Assembly: GCA_963796275.1 (NCBI GenBank)
Contig: CAWCKY010000002.1
Span: 320,001-384,000, forward strand
Direction: 5' to 3'
DNA: 64,000 bases
Origin: an uncultured Acidobacteriota bacterium
GTDB lineage: Bacteria > Acidobacteriota > Blastocatellia > RBC074
Made by a program: the position numbers and the translations under genes. The notes under the pieces are model-generated. The model saw only the letters and a program-made list of their open reading frames with translations. It had not been told where the DNA came from and did no database searches. Below are positions 38,196-47,866 of the stretch, one piece after another; position 1 is the stretch's first letter; every line of letters begins with the position of its first letter.

Positions 38196-39281
38196 ATGAA
38201 AAAGCACGAAGGCCACAGGTTCTCCGCGATTGCCCTTTTACTGATCTTCATACTCCTATCCAATGACAATCTCGGGGCATCTACAAAGACAGGTCGTCAT
38301 AATGTCATATTGAAGTCGCTATCGACGGCCGCTTCGCCATCGATAGCCGCTTCGAGTGGCGCTACTTCACCTGAAGCTGATGTCAGTACATCCGGGCAGA
38401 ACGGCATCGGGCTGACTCCGCATTTCAGGAATTGGCTGGCCGCGAACGGGTACTCAGGCTACGATTTCGCACGCGACGATCTGCAGGGTGGAAGTTATGG
38501 CGGTAAACAGAGCGATAGGGACAGTGTGATCAACCAACCAGTCATCTTCATTCACGGCAATTCGGACAGCGCGCTCGGAACCGAGGCGCCATTTACCGGA
38601 TGGGCCGCCTCGATCGACTATTTTCTCACGCAAGGATACAAAACAGCGGAGTTGTACGCGACCACCTGGGGACCAGCCGATCCCTCCTTGTCAAGTTCTC
38701 AGTATCATGCAAAAGCATACCTCACAAAAATCAGAGCCTTCATCAAGGCAGTCAAGGCTTATACGGGAGCTGCCAAAGTCGATGTAATCGCACATTCAAT
38801 GGGGGTTACTCTGGCAAGAAAGGCGATTTTGGGCGGGGCGGCTTCTGATCCTATGGATGGCGGAGACTACGATTTAGGACCTCCCTTGACCGGCATAGTC
38901 GATGCCTTCGTCGGAATTGCCGCCGCTAATAGAGGTCTGGTCAACTGTTATTTAAGCGGTCCGATGACTCCTGCTTGTAGTGATACAAACGGATTTTATC
39001 CCGGCTATCTAATCGGGTTGGAGGGGCCCTTCGGCGTCTCTCGGATTTTGCAAAACATCAATGCCACTTCTCATTATGAAGGTTCATTTGTCTATACCAT
39101 CTGGTCTACTGTAGACGAGGTCCTCGGGTACGGCTGCCTGGTCTACGGACGCTACACTCCCCAAATACCAGGACAAAATGGCGAGCGACGATTTAGCTCC
39201 TATCCTTACGGTCACATCAACTCAAAGGATTTAACAGGTTTCTATCAATGGCGAATGGTTAAATATCATGCCGTAAATTAA
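38196..39281 (+). CDS. Secreted class-2 lipase (Lipase_2 family)
   Basis: Signal peptide, PVIFIHGNSD, ELYATTWG, VDVIAHSMG, YGH; probable start is ATG 38196. Confidence 0.85.
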   Translation: MKKHEGHRFSAIALLLIFILLSNDNLGASTKTGRHNVILKSLSTAASPSIAASSGATSPEADVSTSGQNGIGLTPHFRNWLAANGYSGYDFARDDLQGGSYGGKQSDRDSVINQPVIFIHGNSDSALGTEAPFTGWAASIDYFLTQGYKTAELYATTWGPADPSLSSSQYHAKAYLTKIRAFIKAVKAYTGAAKVDVIAHSMGVTLARKAILGGAASDPMDGGDYDLGPPLTGIVDAFVGIAAANRGLVNCYLSGPMTPACSDTNGFYPGYLIGLEGPFGVSRILQNINATSHYEGSFVYTIWSTVDEVLGYGCLVYGRYTPQIPGQNGERRFSSYPYGHINSKDLTGFYQWRMVKYHAVN

Positions 39282-39500
39282 CGCTACCGTGTTGTGTACC
39301 CTCGCTTTCATAGGAGAATAGATCAAGCGCGAATATGTTACAGCTGGTGAATTAAGCGTAACGTCGGGAGCGCCGACAGTGCGACGGATGAAGAGATGAG
39401 CTGAGCCGAGCCTTGTTCGAGCTGATGAGCCTGGCTTATATCCAATGGAAACGGCGATGACATTGAACGCTACACAGCGCTCGTTACGTGCGAACAGCGT

Positions 39501-40280
39501 TTAGTTCTGCTGGCTATTTCGATGCGTCTGCTCGTCTAGCCAGTTCGCAATTTCTTCTTTAAACTGCGATTTGAATATGCAATTTAGATGGCCCGCATCG
39601 TTGATCTCGATCACTGTCCAGTCGCTACGAGCCAATCGCAGCGGGCCTACGAAGAGCCTCTTCACAGGGTCGCGGTCCCCGACGATGACGACGACTGGCA
39701 CGCGAATTCCCTTCAGCTCCGTTTCAGTCACAGCCAATTGGCCGAGACTGCGAGCGCAGGCCGGCGGAGTTCTAAAACCTCTGCTCTCCATCCGTCCCCA
39801 CATTTTTTGCAGCCCGCTTCCGTCGCGTAACCACCCCATCCCGCTGATAGTTCCCGATAGCACTCGATCTTGATGTCTTGTCATGAATTTGACAGCGATC
39901 ATCCCACCCATCGAATATCCGACGATATGAGCCTTCTGAATCTTGAGATGATCGAGGAGTCGCGCCACGTCTTCAACCATTTCCAACCCGTATGCTTCCT
40001 CATCCGAAGGTTTGTCTGACTCTCCGTGACCGGGCATATCCAACGCAATGACCTGATATTTTTGAGAGAGCATTCGAACGATGCCCGGCATTTCCCAGTT
40101 GCCCCTTGCGCTGGAGTACAACCCGTGAATGAGAACAACGGGCTCTCCCTCGCCTTCGACGACATAATGGAGTTTCACCCCATTCGCATCGAACTTCCGG
40201 TTTGATCGGGACTGGCCGGCGACGGAAAAAGCGGGGATGGTCAATACAAAGAGCAGCAATAACTTAGATATAGAACGCAT
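39501..40280 (-). CDS. Secreted alpha/beta hydrolase
   Basis: Signal peptide, VLIHG, DMPGHG, GYSMG, GDRD, AGH. Confidence 0.88.
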   Translation of the reverse strand: MRSISKLLLLFVLTIPAFSVAGQSRSNRKFDANGVKLHYVVEGEGEPVVLIHGLYSSARGNWEMPGIVRMLSQKYQVIALDMPGHGESDKPSDEEAYGLEMVEDVARLLDHLKIQKAHIVGYSMGGMIAVKFMTRHQDRVLSGTISGMGWLRDGSGLQKMWGRMESRGFRTPPACARSLGQLAVTETELKGIRVPVVVIVGDRDPVKRLFVGPLRLARSDWTVIEINDAGHLNCIFKSQFKEEIANWLDEQTHRNSQQN

Positions 40281-40557
40281 TATTTGTTCCCTTAAGATTC
40301 AGCTGTTGCGCCATCGCGTGCATCGGAAAAGATCTAATTGCGATCCGGTATTGTAGTCGCCAGAACAACATTCGTAAATTCATTAGCTCAGGCGCGAACG
40401 GCTCTTCGATAAAATAATCACCAGTTTGCATAGGAAAGAGCGCTGCCATCGAAAGCCTGAAAAAACGTACCAATTGTGTGGCCTCAAAATGAATGGGGAG
40501 GACTAATCGGTTGCGTCTTTGCGTCAGAAAAGTATGCTAATGTTTTAGTCTGAAGAG

Positions 40558-41463
40558 ATGATGTCAGCTAACGTAGAGAATACGAATAAGAGCGAATACC
40601 GGCGCGGCGTGAGACGTGTGTTGCTCATCACACTATGTCTCAATATCACCATTGTCATCGGCAAACTTATCGCAGGGTTACTGGCGGGAAGCCTGAGCGT
40701 CATTAGCGATGCAATCCACTCCACCGTCGATTCTATCAATAATATCGTCGGATTGGTTGTAATGAAATATGCTGCGGCTGAACCGGACGAAGGCCATCCA
40801 TATGGCCACGCAAAATTTGAAACGCTCGCCGCTTTCGTCATCGCCGGATTCCTCTTTCTCACATGCTATGAAATCGGAGCCAGCGCTTTCAAAAAATTGT
40901 TCCAGACTGATGACACATCACCCTCAGTCACTCCGCTCACTTTCATTGTAATGACCGTTTCTATTGTTGTTAATCTTATAGTCACTACTTACGAGCAGCG
41001 TGAAGGCAAGCGTCTGAAGAGTGAATTCTTATTGGCCGACGCGATTCATACGCGCAGCGATGTATTGGTCAGTTGTTCAGTTATGATCGGATTGATTTTG
41101 ATACGAATGGGTTACTTCTGGCTTGACCCGGTCATCTCGCTCGCGGTGGCTGCCTTCATCGCCTGGAATGGTTATCAGATTTTCAAAGCGACGGTTCCGG
41201 TTTTGGTAGATGCAGCACCCGTATCGTCAGAGCGGATCGCGGAGATCGCCGAAAGCGTGTCGGGCGTTCATTCGGTTCACGAAGTCCGTTCACGCGCGCA
41301 AGGCAATGAGATGTTCATTGAAATGCATCTACACGTCTCCGCCGACGCCGAGCGCGATCACGTAGCGTCGCACGCTATTACCGAAGAAGTAGAGAGAAGA
41401 TTGGCGGCGGAATTCGGCAAGGTGACAGCAACAATCCACGTCGAGCCCTTACCCCCAGCATAA
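40558..41463 (+). CDS. Cation diffusion facilitator (FieF-like) transporter
   Basis: SDAIHSTVD, HPYGHAKFE, ADAIHTRSD, C-terminal IHVEP. Confidence 0.92.
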   Translation: MMSANVENTNKSEYRRGVRRVLLITLCLNITIVIGKLIAGLLAGSLSVISDAIHSTVDSINNIVGLVVMKYAAAEPDEGHPYGHAKFETLAAFVIAGFLFLTCYEIGASAFKKLFQTDDTSPSVTPLTFIVMTVSIVVNLIVTTYEQREGKRLKSEFLLADAIHTRSDVLVSCSVMIGLILIRMGYFWLDPVISLAVAAFIAWNGYQIFKATVPVLVDAAPVSSERIAEIAESVSGVHSVHEVRSRAQGNEMFIEMHLHVSADAERDHVASHAITEEVERRLAAEFGKVTATIHVEPLPPA

Positions 41464-41605
41464 AAAAGATTAGTCGCGTTGGACCAGATCGAGATTGGTC
41501 GGTCGAGCAGCCGGCGATTCGTAAATTCTTTCAGGAATTGAACATGCGACCGCAATGCAACGACTGAACATACCCGATCCTTTGAATCCCGGTAAATCAG
41601 CTGGA

Positions 41606-44272
41606 TTAATCGGACAAACGCACACGGACATCTATCAACGAGATTCCTGCCCCTTCCTGATGAACGATCACCGGATTTAGATCCACTTCTGCGATGCGTG
41701 GCGCTGCCTCGGCAAGGGCTCCGAGTTCGAGAAGCAAGCGTTCAAGCGCCGCCACATTGGCCCGGGGAGACCCGCGGAATCCTTGCAACAGGCGATAGGC
41801 GCGCGTCTCTCGAATCATCGCGGCAACGTCACGATCAGTCAACGGCAGTACACGAAAGACCACATCATCCAGCAATTCAACCATCACACCTCCCGAACCG
41901 AAGGCTACCAGCGGCCCGAATACGGGATCGTTTGTGATCCCGGCAAGCACTTCAACGCCCTGAGGCACCATTGGTGTTACGCTGGCTGCAGTGAGCTCGA
42001 TGCCATGGGACGATAATCGCTCGGCGAGCCGCTCGTAAGCAGCCGCCGCCTGGGCCGGCTCGATGTTGAGAAGCACACCTCCGACATCCGATTTGTGTAA
42101 GGTCATCGGCTCTTTGACCTTTATCGCTACGGGCCTACCGATGGCGGCCGCGGCCGCGGCGGCCTCCGCGGGCGACCCTACCGAACGAGTGGCAATAACA
42201 TCGATTCCTGCTGCTCCGAGAAGACGCTCTGTATCTGTATGAGCAAGCCATCCCGCGGAATTTGCAGCCATCACTTGTTCGATCGCATCCCGGTTAATCG
42301 CTACCGGCACCCGCTGCCCTGCAGGAGCTGCCCGCCACATGCCGTAACGCACTGCCGCGCTCAGGGCCGCAACGGCGCCTTCCGGAAAATCATAAACCGG
42401 CACGATCCGTTCTCCCGCTTGAATCGCCCTGGAGTGCTCGTCAAGAAAGACTGCGACGATCGGGCACAGCAAGGGCTCGCGGGCAGCAACCACATCGCTC
42501 ACGACCCGGGCGACTTCGGCTGAGGGAGTGACGAGCGGAGGAATGAAAATAATCAACAAGGCATCCAGGCCCGGTTCATCGAGCAACGCTTCCAGACACG
42601 CGCGGTACTCCTCTGGCCCGGCTCCCGCGATCATATCGACGGGATTAGCTACCGAGGCGGCCTCTGGCAGCGCATCGCGTAACCTCAATTTCGTCGCTTC
42701 GCTCAGCTTCGGCACCTCCAACCCGGCCGCTTCAGCCGCATCGACAGCCAGGATCGCGGGCCCACCGGCATTGGTCAGGATACCGACCCTTTTGCCCGCC
42801 GGGATCGGCTGCGTGGCGAGCAGACGCGCCACCGCGAAAAATTCGGCGAGCGTATCCACGCGAATGATGCCGGTCTGCGCGAATAGCGCATCGGCCGCCC
42901 GGTCGGAACTCGCGAGCGCCGCCGTGTGGCTCGAAGCAGCGCGCGCGCCGCCCGCAGTGCGACCCGATTTCACCGCGACGATCGGTTTGCGACGCGATAC
43001 CCGACGTGCGATGCGTGCGAAGCGTCGCGGATTACCGAAGCTTTCCAGATAGAGCAAGATAACATCCGTCGCATCGTCCGACTCCCAATACTGCAACAAG
43101 TCGTTGCCGGAGACGTCGGCCCGATTGCCGATGCTCACGAATGACGAAATGCCCAAACCGACCTGGCTTGCGCGATTGATCAACGCGAGGCCGAGCGCGC
43201 CGGATTGCGAGCTGATAGCGACGTTTCCAGAAGGCGGATCCATCGGTGCGAAGGTGCCAAGCAGACGTACGGTATCCGACGTATTCACCAGGCCCAGACA
43301 ATTAGGGCCGACCAGCCGCATTCCATGCGCTCGACATAAGTCGAGCAACCTTTCCTGTGCCGCACCACCGTCCGCACCAGTTTCCGCAAACCCGGCAGAT
43401 ATTACGCATACTGCCCGCACCCCGCGGTCGGCACATTGTCGCACCGCCTCGATCACCGCTGGAGCGGGGATAGCGATGAAGACCAGCTCCGGGACTTCTG
43501 GCAGGTCGGCGATAGAGGCGTAGGCGTGCACGCCAGCCACCGCGTGTGCCATTTGATTGATGGGATATACTGCGCCGGCAAATCCCCAACGTATTAGATG
43601 GCGAAATAATGCGCCACCCACCGATTGCGGATCGCGGCCGGCGCCGATCACTGCGATGGATTGTGGCGCGAGCACCGCGCGCAACGAGGCCCGCTCGGCC
43701 TCCGCTTCCTGTGCCTGTGCCCGTGAGTCTGCGATTTCACTATAGGCGATCGGGAATTCGAGATGCGTCACACCATAACTCACTGAGCTAGAAAGCCCAT
43801 AACCTGCCTTGCGAAATACCGATAACATAACGTGGTTGTCGGCCAGTACGTCAGCGCTGAAGCGGTCGATACCGTGTTCACGCGCAATCTCAGCCAATGC
43901 ATCTAATAGTGATGTGCCAATACCCCGCCGCTGGAATGCATCCTCGACGAGGAAGGAAACTTCAGCGACGTCCGGCCTATCATCCAACCTCTGGTAGTGC
44001 CCTACGGCGACTATGCGTTCATCCTCGCCCCGAATTACCACGAGGGCAACGTGGCGTGAGCCGTCGACTGACACCAGTTGATCGAGCGCTTTTTCGGGCA
44101 GCTCTTTGATGCTATGCAGGAACCGGTACCTGAGCGACTCTCGCGAGCAGCGACTCAAAAGATCCTCCAGTCCGCGACGGTCGCCGGGCTGTAAGGCGCG
44201 CAATCGAAGCATTGCGCCGTCGCGCAGGAGCAGGTCTCCGAAATTATCTAATCTAGAAATTGCCATAATCAC
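41606..44272 (-). CDS. GNAT + NDP-forming acyl-CoA synthetase-like fusion (Pat-type protein lysine acetyltransferase)
   Basis: N-terminal GNAT (AEVSFLVEDAFQRRGIG), then SIAVIGA, GPNCLG, SQSGA, YLESFG, SHTAALA, NPVD and an ATP-grasp end (DLNP). Confidence 0.9.
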   Translation of the reverse strand: MIMAISRLDNFGDLLLRDGAMLRLRALQPGDRRGLEDLLSRCSRESLRYRFLHSIKELPEKALDQLVSVDGSRHVALVVIRGEDERIVAVGHYQRLDDRPDVAEVSFLVEDAFQRRGIGTSLLDALAEIAREHGIDRFSADVLADNHVMLSVFRKAGYGLSSSVSYGVTHLEFPIAYSEIADSRAQAQEAEAERASLRAVLAPQSIAVIGAGRDPQSVGGALFRHLIRWGFAGAVYPINQMAHAVAGVHAYASIADLPEVPELVFIAIPAPAVIEAVRQCADRGVRAVCVISAGFAETGADGGAAQERLLDLCRAHGMRLVGPNCLGLVNTSDTVRLLGTFAPMDPPSGNVAISSQSGALGLALINRASQVGLGISSFVSIGNRADVSGNDLLQYWESDDATDVILLYLESFGNPRRFARIARRVSRRKPIVAVKSGRTAGGARAASSHTAALASSDRAADALFAQTGIIRVDTLAEFFAVARLLATQPIPAGKRVGILTNAGGPAILAVDAAEAAGLEVPKLSEATKLRLRDALPEAASVANPVDMIAGAGPEEYRACLEALLDEPGLDALLIIFIPPLVTPSAEVARVVSDVVAAREPLLCPIVAVFLDEHSRAIQAGERIVPVYDFPEGAVAALSAAVRYGMWRAAPAGQRVPVAINRDAIEQVMAANSAGWLAHTDTERLLGAAGIDVIATRSVGSPAEAAAAAAAIGRPVAIKVKEPMTLHKSDVGGVLLNIEPAQAAAAYERLAERLSSHGIELTAASVTPMVPQGVEVLAGITNDPVFGPLVAFGSGGVMVELLDDVVFRVLPLTDRDVAAMIRETRAYRLLQGFRGSPRANVAALERLLLELGALAEAAPRIAEVDLNPVIVHQEGAGISLIDVRVRLSD

Positions 44273-44595
44273 GTCGATTCAAATCTCATTGATACGGATC
44301 GATGAATTTGATGATTCTGCACAATACCGTAACTGATCTCGGAAAGGATCAGGATATCATCGGCAAATCCGCCCATAAATTTGGAAGCCTCAGCGATGTT
44401 CGGGGGAAAATATAGGGTCTTCCGTACGGACTTACGACGGCAAGCTCAAAACGATCGTTCGCCCTGTCCAATAATTCAACAATCACGCGACTGCTGTCCT
44501 GTATTCCTCGAATTCCAATAATGAAAGATTGAAAGGTGAGCGTCAATTAGTGGGTAGTGGGCAAATTATATAATTTATTTTTTCGCCCTTTAACG

Positions 44596-44650
44596 CGGAA
44601 CAAACGAAAACTTAGGAAACATTGCTCTTTCGCTATTTTCGTTTGTTCCG
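44596..44650. repeat. 15-bp perfect inverted repeat CGGAACAAACGAAAA / TTTTCGTTTGTTCCG
   Basis: Seen directly, downstream of the peroxidase stop. Confidence 0.8.
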
Positions 44651-44694
44651 TTCCTTCTATCAGCTATGGTGTGCGTATTCGCATCGCTTTGACT

Positions 44695-46245
44695 TTAGAA
44701 GGAGAACCTCAGCAGATCGGCCAGGGTGAAAACTCCCTTCTTGGCACTGGGCAACGTCGGTGTCCAGCAGCGTTTGCGCAGAATCGAGTCCTTGCTGCGA
44801 AGTACGAGCCCGACCAGCACTTCCGCGTCGATGAGACTGCCGACCGGTCCTAGGTGCTGTCCATCTGCGCGCGCCGCGGCTTCAGCCAGAATGTAATACC
44901 AGAGCGGTGTACGGTCCAAGAATCCTCCCTGGCGTAACGCCTGTAGCTGCGTATCGCTGCCCGCAAACGTTTCGATCTCTTCCGGCGTCAGAGGGTCCTG
45001 GTTGAGCGCGCGGGCGACAGCCTGACCGGTTGGCATCCGCAGCAGATAACCGCGCAACAGATTCCGCACGGCCAGCATCGCACCGAGGCCCTGCTCAGGT
45101 ATCCCTTGAACATCGGGTAATCGAAAGAGCGGGTTCACAATTTTCGTGTCAATCCGGCGAGCCATCTGTGGTGACGATCCTAAATCGATAATGTTCTCCC
45201 ATTGGATGATCCAGTTCTCGGGCACCGTTGGTGTTCCTCCCAGCTGTCCGCTGAGGGCAGTGAATGTAAATAGAAGACCGAGTGTCGCAGGCGCAGATGG
45301 CGGCCCATTGAGATTGAAATTGAGATTGAAGTTGTAGGCCTCTCTCACCATGCTATGCCCAAACCGATAGGCTGCCACCGAGAATTCCAACGGCAGGAAG
45401 AAAGGCTCGTCCATCGCGTCGTATACGCAGCCACGATTGAGGAAGACTCGATCGACAATTTGCGGATCGGCGATCCGTCTCAAGAAGTCCTGGAGAACGA
45501 TGTGCTGATAATGCTGGCGCAGAATGGTTCTCGCTTCATGAAAACTTTTTCCCTGGTCGATCAGCTTGTTATGTGCGCGAAGGAATGCGACGTGCAGTTG
45601 CCCGATAATCAGATTTTCATCATTACGCGGGTCGCCGGTGATTGCGGCGCGATCATGCGCAGGATCGCTATTCGGGGCCTCCCGCGGAAGGTCATTAAAG
45701 TCGTCTTTATTCGGCGGCCGAAGCAGTGGGATACCAGTACCGTTGAGCGGAGTCACCGTCCCCAGTCGCATCTTGTCGCCGTCCCTCGGCGCCGGGAGTG
45801 CATAGACGCTGTCCAAGTCCAGGGTTGCGGTCCGCGCATTTTGTATTCTCCTGCGAATCTCTTTGACCGGAAGCGGCCTCAAATTCGGATCGATCAAATT
45901 GGGCAGCGGAGCTGAAACTGTCTCCAGCGTGGCGTCATGATCTACGAATTGGCCGAAGTATGTGTAAGCCGCAGGAATATTGGAATCACCATCGATGCTT
46001 CCGGGATTGCCGTCGATCATGGTCTGACCGAGCTGAACCAGACTGTCTCGCGTCTCTCGCGATTCGGGTAACAGGTTGTCGGGGTCCTTCTGCAGGCTCG
46101 GAAATAGAAAATCGAAGTTTTGCAAATCGTCCGGCCGTATTGAGGCAAACGCCAACGGAATATCGGCGCTGCGACCCGTTAGAGTCCTGCGCGCTTCGCC
46201 TAATTGGTCAATTGTAATAACAGATCCGTGTGGTAAACGTGGCAT
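44695..46245 (-). CDS. Animal-type heme peroxidase family protein
   Basis: YTYFGQFVDHD, DPRNDEN, AAYRFGHSMV (proximal His), TPLWYYILAEA. Confidence 0.9.
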   Translation of the reverse strand: MPRLPHGSVITIDQLGEARRTLTGRSADIPLAFASIRPDDLQNFDFLFPSLQKDPDNLLPESRETRDSLVQLGQTMIDGNPGSIDGDSNIPAAYTYFGQFVDHDATLETVSAPLPNLIDPNLRPLPVKEIRRRIQNARTATLDLDSVYALPAPRDGDKMRLGTVTPLNGTGIPLLRPPNKDDFNDLPREAPNSDPAHDRAAITGDPRNDENLIIGQLHVAFLRAHNKLIDQGKSFHEARTILRQHYQHIVLQDFLRRIADPQIVDRVFLNRGCVYDAMDEPFFLPLEFSVAAYRFGHSMVREAYNFNLNFNLNGPPSAPATLGLLFTFTALSGQLGGTPTVPENWIIQWENIIDLGSSPQMARRIDTKIVNPLFRLPDVQGIPEQGLGAMLAVRNLLRGYLLRMPTGQAVARALNQDPLTPEEIETFAGSDTQLQALRQGGFLDRTPLWYYILAEAAARADGQHLGPVGSLIDAEVLVGLVLRSKDSILRKRCWTPTLPSAKKGVFTLADLLRFSF

Positions 46246-46468
46246 GTACGATTCCTCCTAAGACTGAGTTAATTAACATCAAAGCTTCGACTAGACCATT
46301 CGTAAACGGTTGATCTGTCTTAGCTACCCTGGATAGAAAGCGCCTGACACCATTGGTAAGAAGTCACTTTCATTCTGAATTCGGTTAACTGTAACCTGTA
46401 GGTGTTATCAACGCATCAATATTACATATCGACGTCTTGTATAAATGTTACATGTCAACATTACGTAA

Positions 46469-46513
46469 CAACGCTAGGTTTCAACGCTATGTTTCAACGC
46501 AGTTTCAACTGCT
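46469..46513. repeat. Degenerate 11-13 bp direct repeats CAACGCTAGGTTT / CAACGCTATGTTT / CAACGCAGTTT / CAACTGCT
   Basis: Seen directly in the AT-rich region upstream of the peroxidase. Confidence 0.75.
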
Positions 46514-46828
46514 AACCGCTGATCACATAACATCCTTATCGAAGATCTGAGGCCGAGTGTGTAGTGAGAAATATCGCGGATGAAAATCAATTAGTGTGTT
46601 CGCTGAGCTGTACACTGCTCGAACAGGTACAGAAACCGATATAATCACGATTTGAGAAACAAGTCAATAACCTTTCTCTATAGCTTTTGGTTGATGTGGT
46701 TAATTCGAGCGTAATAAGAGCAGTATTCCTTATCGGATATTGAGAAGAACATTTTTATATCACTACGACTAACACCGGGACTCCGGAGAGGATTCGGAGT
46801 TATCGATAACAATTGTAAATGCTTCAAT

Positions 46829-47668
46829 TTATTTTCCGGGTTCGACATAATAGCAGGATAAATATAACTCGATCAGTTCTTCCAATGTTCCGACACCTTG
46901 GTTATTTATCGGACAAAATTCAACAATGCTGAATCCAAGAATTTTGAAATTGTCCTTCAATTCATTCACCAACTTCAAAAGCGCGTCGAAAGATATGCCG
47001 GCCGGTGTAGGACATTTTACATATGGGAATTGATGCGGATCCAGAACATCAAGATCTAAGTGAATATATATTTGGTCGAACCCTCTATGTTTAATTGAGT
47101 TGACGATGGCGCTGGACCGTTGTCGAACATCTGCAACACTGAACAGCGTGATCTGTTCCCGATCGACAAAGCGTTGTTCAGGAGGGTCGAGATCTCTGCA
47201 ACCAACCAGGAATATCTGTTTTCCGTGAAAGTTGGAGAAAGCCAATCTCCGTATAGTGTCGGCACCTTCCCCGAGCAGTGATCTTAATACCATGCCGTGG
47301 AAATGACCGCTGGGCGATGAATCCGGCGTGTTCAGGTCTCCGTGAGCATCCAACCAGATTAGCCCCAGGTTTCCACCACTTTTTTTATTCAAGTATGAAG
47401 CGGGTGCGATTTCAATCCCACAATCCCCACCTATAGAAAAGATACGATCTGGGTTGGCATCATTTATCTTGCCGGCAGCTGTCAGGAGCTGTTTGGCGAT
47501 CTGAGAACACGCAAAGACGCCGCTTTTAACGTCCGGTCTGGCAGAATCATCGATGTCAATTTCTGTAAACCGAACTAAGTCTTGCAACCGCTCTTTGAGT
47601 AAGAGCGCGCCGTTATAGAGTTCATTGGTGGCACCCGATCCCTGCCACTGTGGAAATAGTAAGTGCAT
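46829..47668 (-). CDS. Arginase (ureohydrolase) family protein, GGDC variant
   Basis: PQWQG, GGDC, WLDAHGDLN, SGHFHGM, HLDLDVLDP. Confidence 0.88.
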   Translation of the reverse strand: MHLLFPQWQGSGATNELYNGALLLKERLQDLVRFTEIDIDDSARPDVKSGVFACSQIAKQLLTAAGKINDANPDRIFSIGGDCGIEIAPASYLNKKSGGNLGLIWLDAHGDLNTPDSSPSGHFHGMVLRSLLGEGADTIRRLAFSNFHGKQIFLVGCRDLDPPEQRFVDREQITLFSVADVRQRSSAIVNSIKHRGFDQIYIHLDLDVLDPHQFPYVKCPTPAGISFDALLKLVNELKDNFKILGFSIVEFCPINNQGVGTLEELIELYLSCYYVEPGK

Positions 47669-47727
47669 ATGTAATAACTATGGGTGGCCGGCCCGATTCA
47701 TCGGCGATTCTGCGGGGGCAAATAGGC

Positions 47728-47842
47728 CAGCCGTTTGACGGTGCAGTTTGACGGCTGGTTACGTGAAGGATGTATTTCCAGCCCGTTTCAACGGGATTGT
47801 TCACCTGGCTTGAGCCATTTCTCGTTCACGGGTGGCTAAAGT
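47728..47842. repeat. Degenerate REP-like cluster (AGCCCGTTTCAACGGG type)
   Basis: Short hairpins CCGTTTGACGG and CCCGTTTCAACGGG, plus AGCCA..TGGCT, in intergenic DNA. Confidence 0.5.
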
Positions 47843-47866
47843 CAGGACTGAAAGAAGGCTGAGCAC

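Noticed and set aside
44289-44302. FNR-like box TTGAT-ACGG-ATCGA upstream of the Pat-type gene
   Set aside because: One mismatch and only ~17 bp from the start; could be chance, with no supporting promoter.
46469-46513. Possible CRISPR array or iterons
   Set aside because: Units are only 11-13 bp, directly adjacent with no spacers; no cas or rep gene nearby.
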